Assembly: GCF_006345805.1 (NCBI RefSeq) | Contig: NC_043001.1 | Location: 20,026,001 to 20,090,000, forward strand | Direction: 5' to 3' | Source: Octopus sinensis | Lineage: Eukaryota | Length of the DNA stretch: 64,000 nucleotides | Shown: one piece after another, positions 61,700-64,000 of the stretch | Numbering within the stretch: position 1 is the stretch's first letter | Layout: each line of letters opens with the position of its first letter | Translations under genes and position numbers: made by a program | The notes under the pieces: generated by a model | What the model was told of the DNA's origin: nothing | Seen by the model: only the letters and a program-made list of their open reading frames with translations | The model's database searches: none

Positions 61700-62420
61700 T
61701 ATTATCTAAATTCTGTACATTTTGGCTTTTATTTAATACAAGAAATGAGATAATCCAGTAGTTTGTGAAGTTTAATAAAGTGATACAGAATGGGTATTGA
61801 CCGAAATGGTGGTGTAATGTGCATTTCTAAGTGGAACTGGCTGAAAATTAGGAAGTTAAGGTAGCCAACAAATCAAGAAGTTAGACAGAGAGAGGACATT
61901 GCTGAAAAGTAGATATTAGCGTCAGATTAGTATTTCTCAGATGTAATTTAGTGATTTATCGCTGAGATAGTTATACTATTGCCTGATCTAGAGTAGATAT
62001 TGACCTTGTAAAAGGTCAATAAACTACCTATTGTACTGCACACTTATTGAAAAGACTATTATTCTAGGTGAAATTATAGTCATGTTGAGGATAGAAGCTG
62101 TTCAGGAGTGGTAATTAGAAATAGTTGTATGTAATATGTGTGAGGTGTATGAGATTTTTATGTGTAATTCATTGTAAAGGTGGATGTTTTTAGTGTTTGA
62201 AGATTATTAATAGCTACTTTGTTGTCAGAATTTGTTGATCTTTGTTGTATGTATAAACTTGTAAACTGCTAAGATTATAAATGGAACATAAAGTGTATTT
62301 TGTGTCAAGTCGTTTATTGATGACTAAATTGGCTCTCTCAATTTGCCTGATAGGAGGGTTCCTAAAATGTCCAGCAGGATAAAAACAAGGGATAATGGAG
62401 GAACTCAATATAGGGTCAAA
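61700..62420 (-). mobile_element. Possible Penelope-like RT remnant
   Basis: C-rich - strand; LYHFIKLHK resembles the PLE motif FY.LPKIHK. Confidence 0.3.
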
Positions 62421-62825
62421 AATAATCTGACAATAGCATGGTGACTTAGAAATTCCAGGTTAGTACAAAGAATGATGCTGGAAGACCTCAGGGATTAATC
62501 TTACTCTTTAGCTTTTGTTAGAGAGGAGTCAGTGCTGTGGCTACAGCTACACAACTGGGTGAATGATCTGTGTATGATAGCCTTAGAAGGCAACCAGACC
62601 AGGAGAAGGACAACTCTGAGCACAAATCCTCAGTACTTGTGAGTATCTACAAAGAGGCAAAGGCTAAGCAAGTCAACCCCGACAGTAAATTAGGTCAGAA
62701 GACCAATGACACATTCATTGAATCTTCAGGACCCTGGTCCTAAGCCACGACCATAGGAATATTCATATATTCAAAGAGTATAATGCCTGTATCTCACTCA
62801 ATTTCAAAAGCTGAACCAGCTTAGA

Positions 62826-63080
62826 CAGTGGTTCTTAAATTTTTTGACTTGGTAATAATTTGAAGTCAAATAATAATAAAAAAAAAATTTACTGCTGCAC
62901 TTTCCATGGAAAGTTTAAAAATACTGTTTTAAAGTTCATTAAAAAAAATATATAGGTAATCATACTTGTATAAAACAAAATTATGAATTATACAGTTTTA
63001 AAGATAATCATTAATGTCAGTATCCTTAAGTCTTAAATTACATTTTTGATAATTCATGACACACTATTTGAGAACCATTG
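62826..63080. mobile_element. hAT/Charlie-type MITE
   Basis: CAGTGGTTCTTAA / TTGAGAACCATTG; flanks gcttaga(c) / gctaagac. Confidence 0.8.
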
Positions 63081-63099
63081 GCTAAGACCTACTTAGAAT

Positions 63100-63760
63100 T
63101 TCCTTCCAGCTAATTAATCTTCCTAGTGAGATAGTGGCAGGAAAAGTACTTGACCAAAAGTAAGCCATTGTACTTAGCCTTCGTCAACCTGGAGAACGTT
63201 TTTGACTGTTCCCTGCTCTGTTATATAGTGGTCTCTAAGGAAGGTAGGAATAAAGGAGTGGCTTGTTAGAGCTGTATGAGCCATGTACAGTGGTGCTGTT
63301 AGCCATGAATACAGTGATGAATTTAGCATACAGGTAGGGGTTCACCAGCGCTAGCCCACTCTTATTCATTGTAGTCCTCCAGGCCATAACAGAGGAATTG
63401 CAATATGCTGATGACCTTGCTCTTATTGTAGAATTTTTAGCAGAACTGGAGAAGAAATTTCAGGTATAGAACCAAATCCGGAAATCAAAGGGCCTAGCAA
63501 AGACTAAAGTTGTTGTTAGTAAGAAAGAAGATAAAACTCTTTCTGTCAGGTAAATGGGCTTACTCTATATGTAAGAAAAGAGTTGGAAGAAATTCCATTT
63601 GCTGCACCCTGTGTACACATAAAAGGTGCAGTGGAATCACAGGTAGATTAACAGATAAAGTTGTCTTTATATGTGACAGATGTGCAGAAACAATAAGCAC
63701 TAAGATTACACGAGATTTAAATTCTCTCAAATGCCCAGTAGCTTCATATGTCTCAAGCAT
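63100..63760 (+). mobile_element. RTE RT fragment
   Basis: PLLFIVVLQAITEELQYADDLALIVEFLAELEKKFQV...KTKVVVSKKED...CKKRVGRNSICC. Confidence 0.9.
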
Positions 63761-64000
63761 TGTGCTAGGGAGCACATCACCAACAGAAGTGAGCATAACA
63801 GCAACTGTTGCACCCTTAACAAGTCCACCTCAGCTGTTACTACCCAAGTCAGTGGGTATACAGATACAGACTGGATGGGCAGCAAGGAAGTCAAATCTAT
63901 ACATTGCATCTCACCAATGACTTGCATGTCAAAAAGACTTCTATTAAGGCTGACCTGGGGCTACACAACAACATTAAAAGCATATCAAGAATTCAAGAAT

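Overview
AT-rich, repeat-dense eukaryotic genomic DNA. The repeat families (tRNA-headed SINEs with internal (TA)n/(TG)n, RTE-tailed SINEs ending in (GAT)n, RTE/CR1 LINEs) look like those of an octopus or other coleoid cephalopod; this is my inference from recognising the repeats. No intact long ORF is present, and nearly every ORF in the supplied track falls inside a SINE or LINE. The window contains decayed but readable autonomous DNA transposons: a pogo/Tigger-type element at ~15.9-17.2 kb (-) and a hAT/Charlie-Buster element at ~49.4-51.5 kb (+). It also contains non-autonomous hAT, piggyBac, mariner and Helentron-type elements, several with intact target-site duplications (TSDs), and many nested insertions. 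In the TE-poor AT-rich islands there is a chain of small + strand candidate exons, including 26- and 27-nt microexons with GTGAGT donors, that can be spliced without stop codons; I could not identify the protein. A few strong exon-like segments also occur on the - strand. The most unusual items are an elongator tRNA-Met pseudogene with a 21-nt intron at the canonical 37/38 position, several long or perfect inverted repeats, and SINE heads paired with different tails. TE boundaries without a visible TIR or TSD are approximate. Exon calls are unverified splice-signal predictions.
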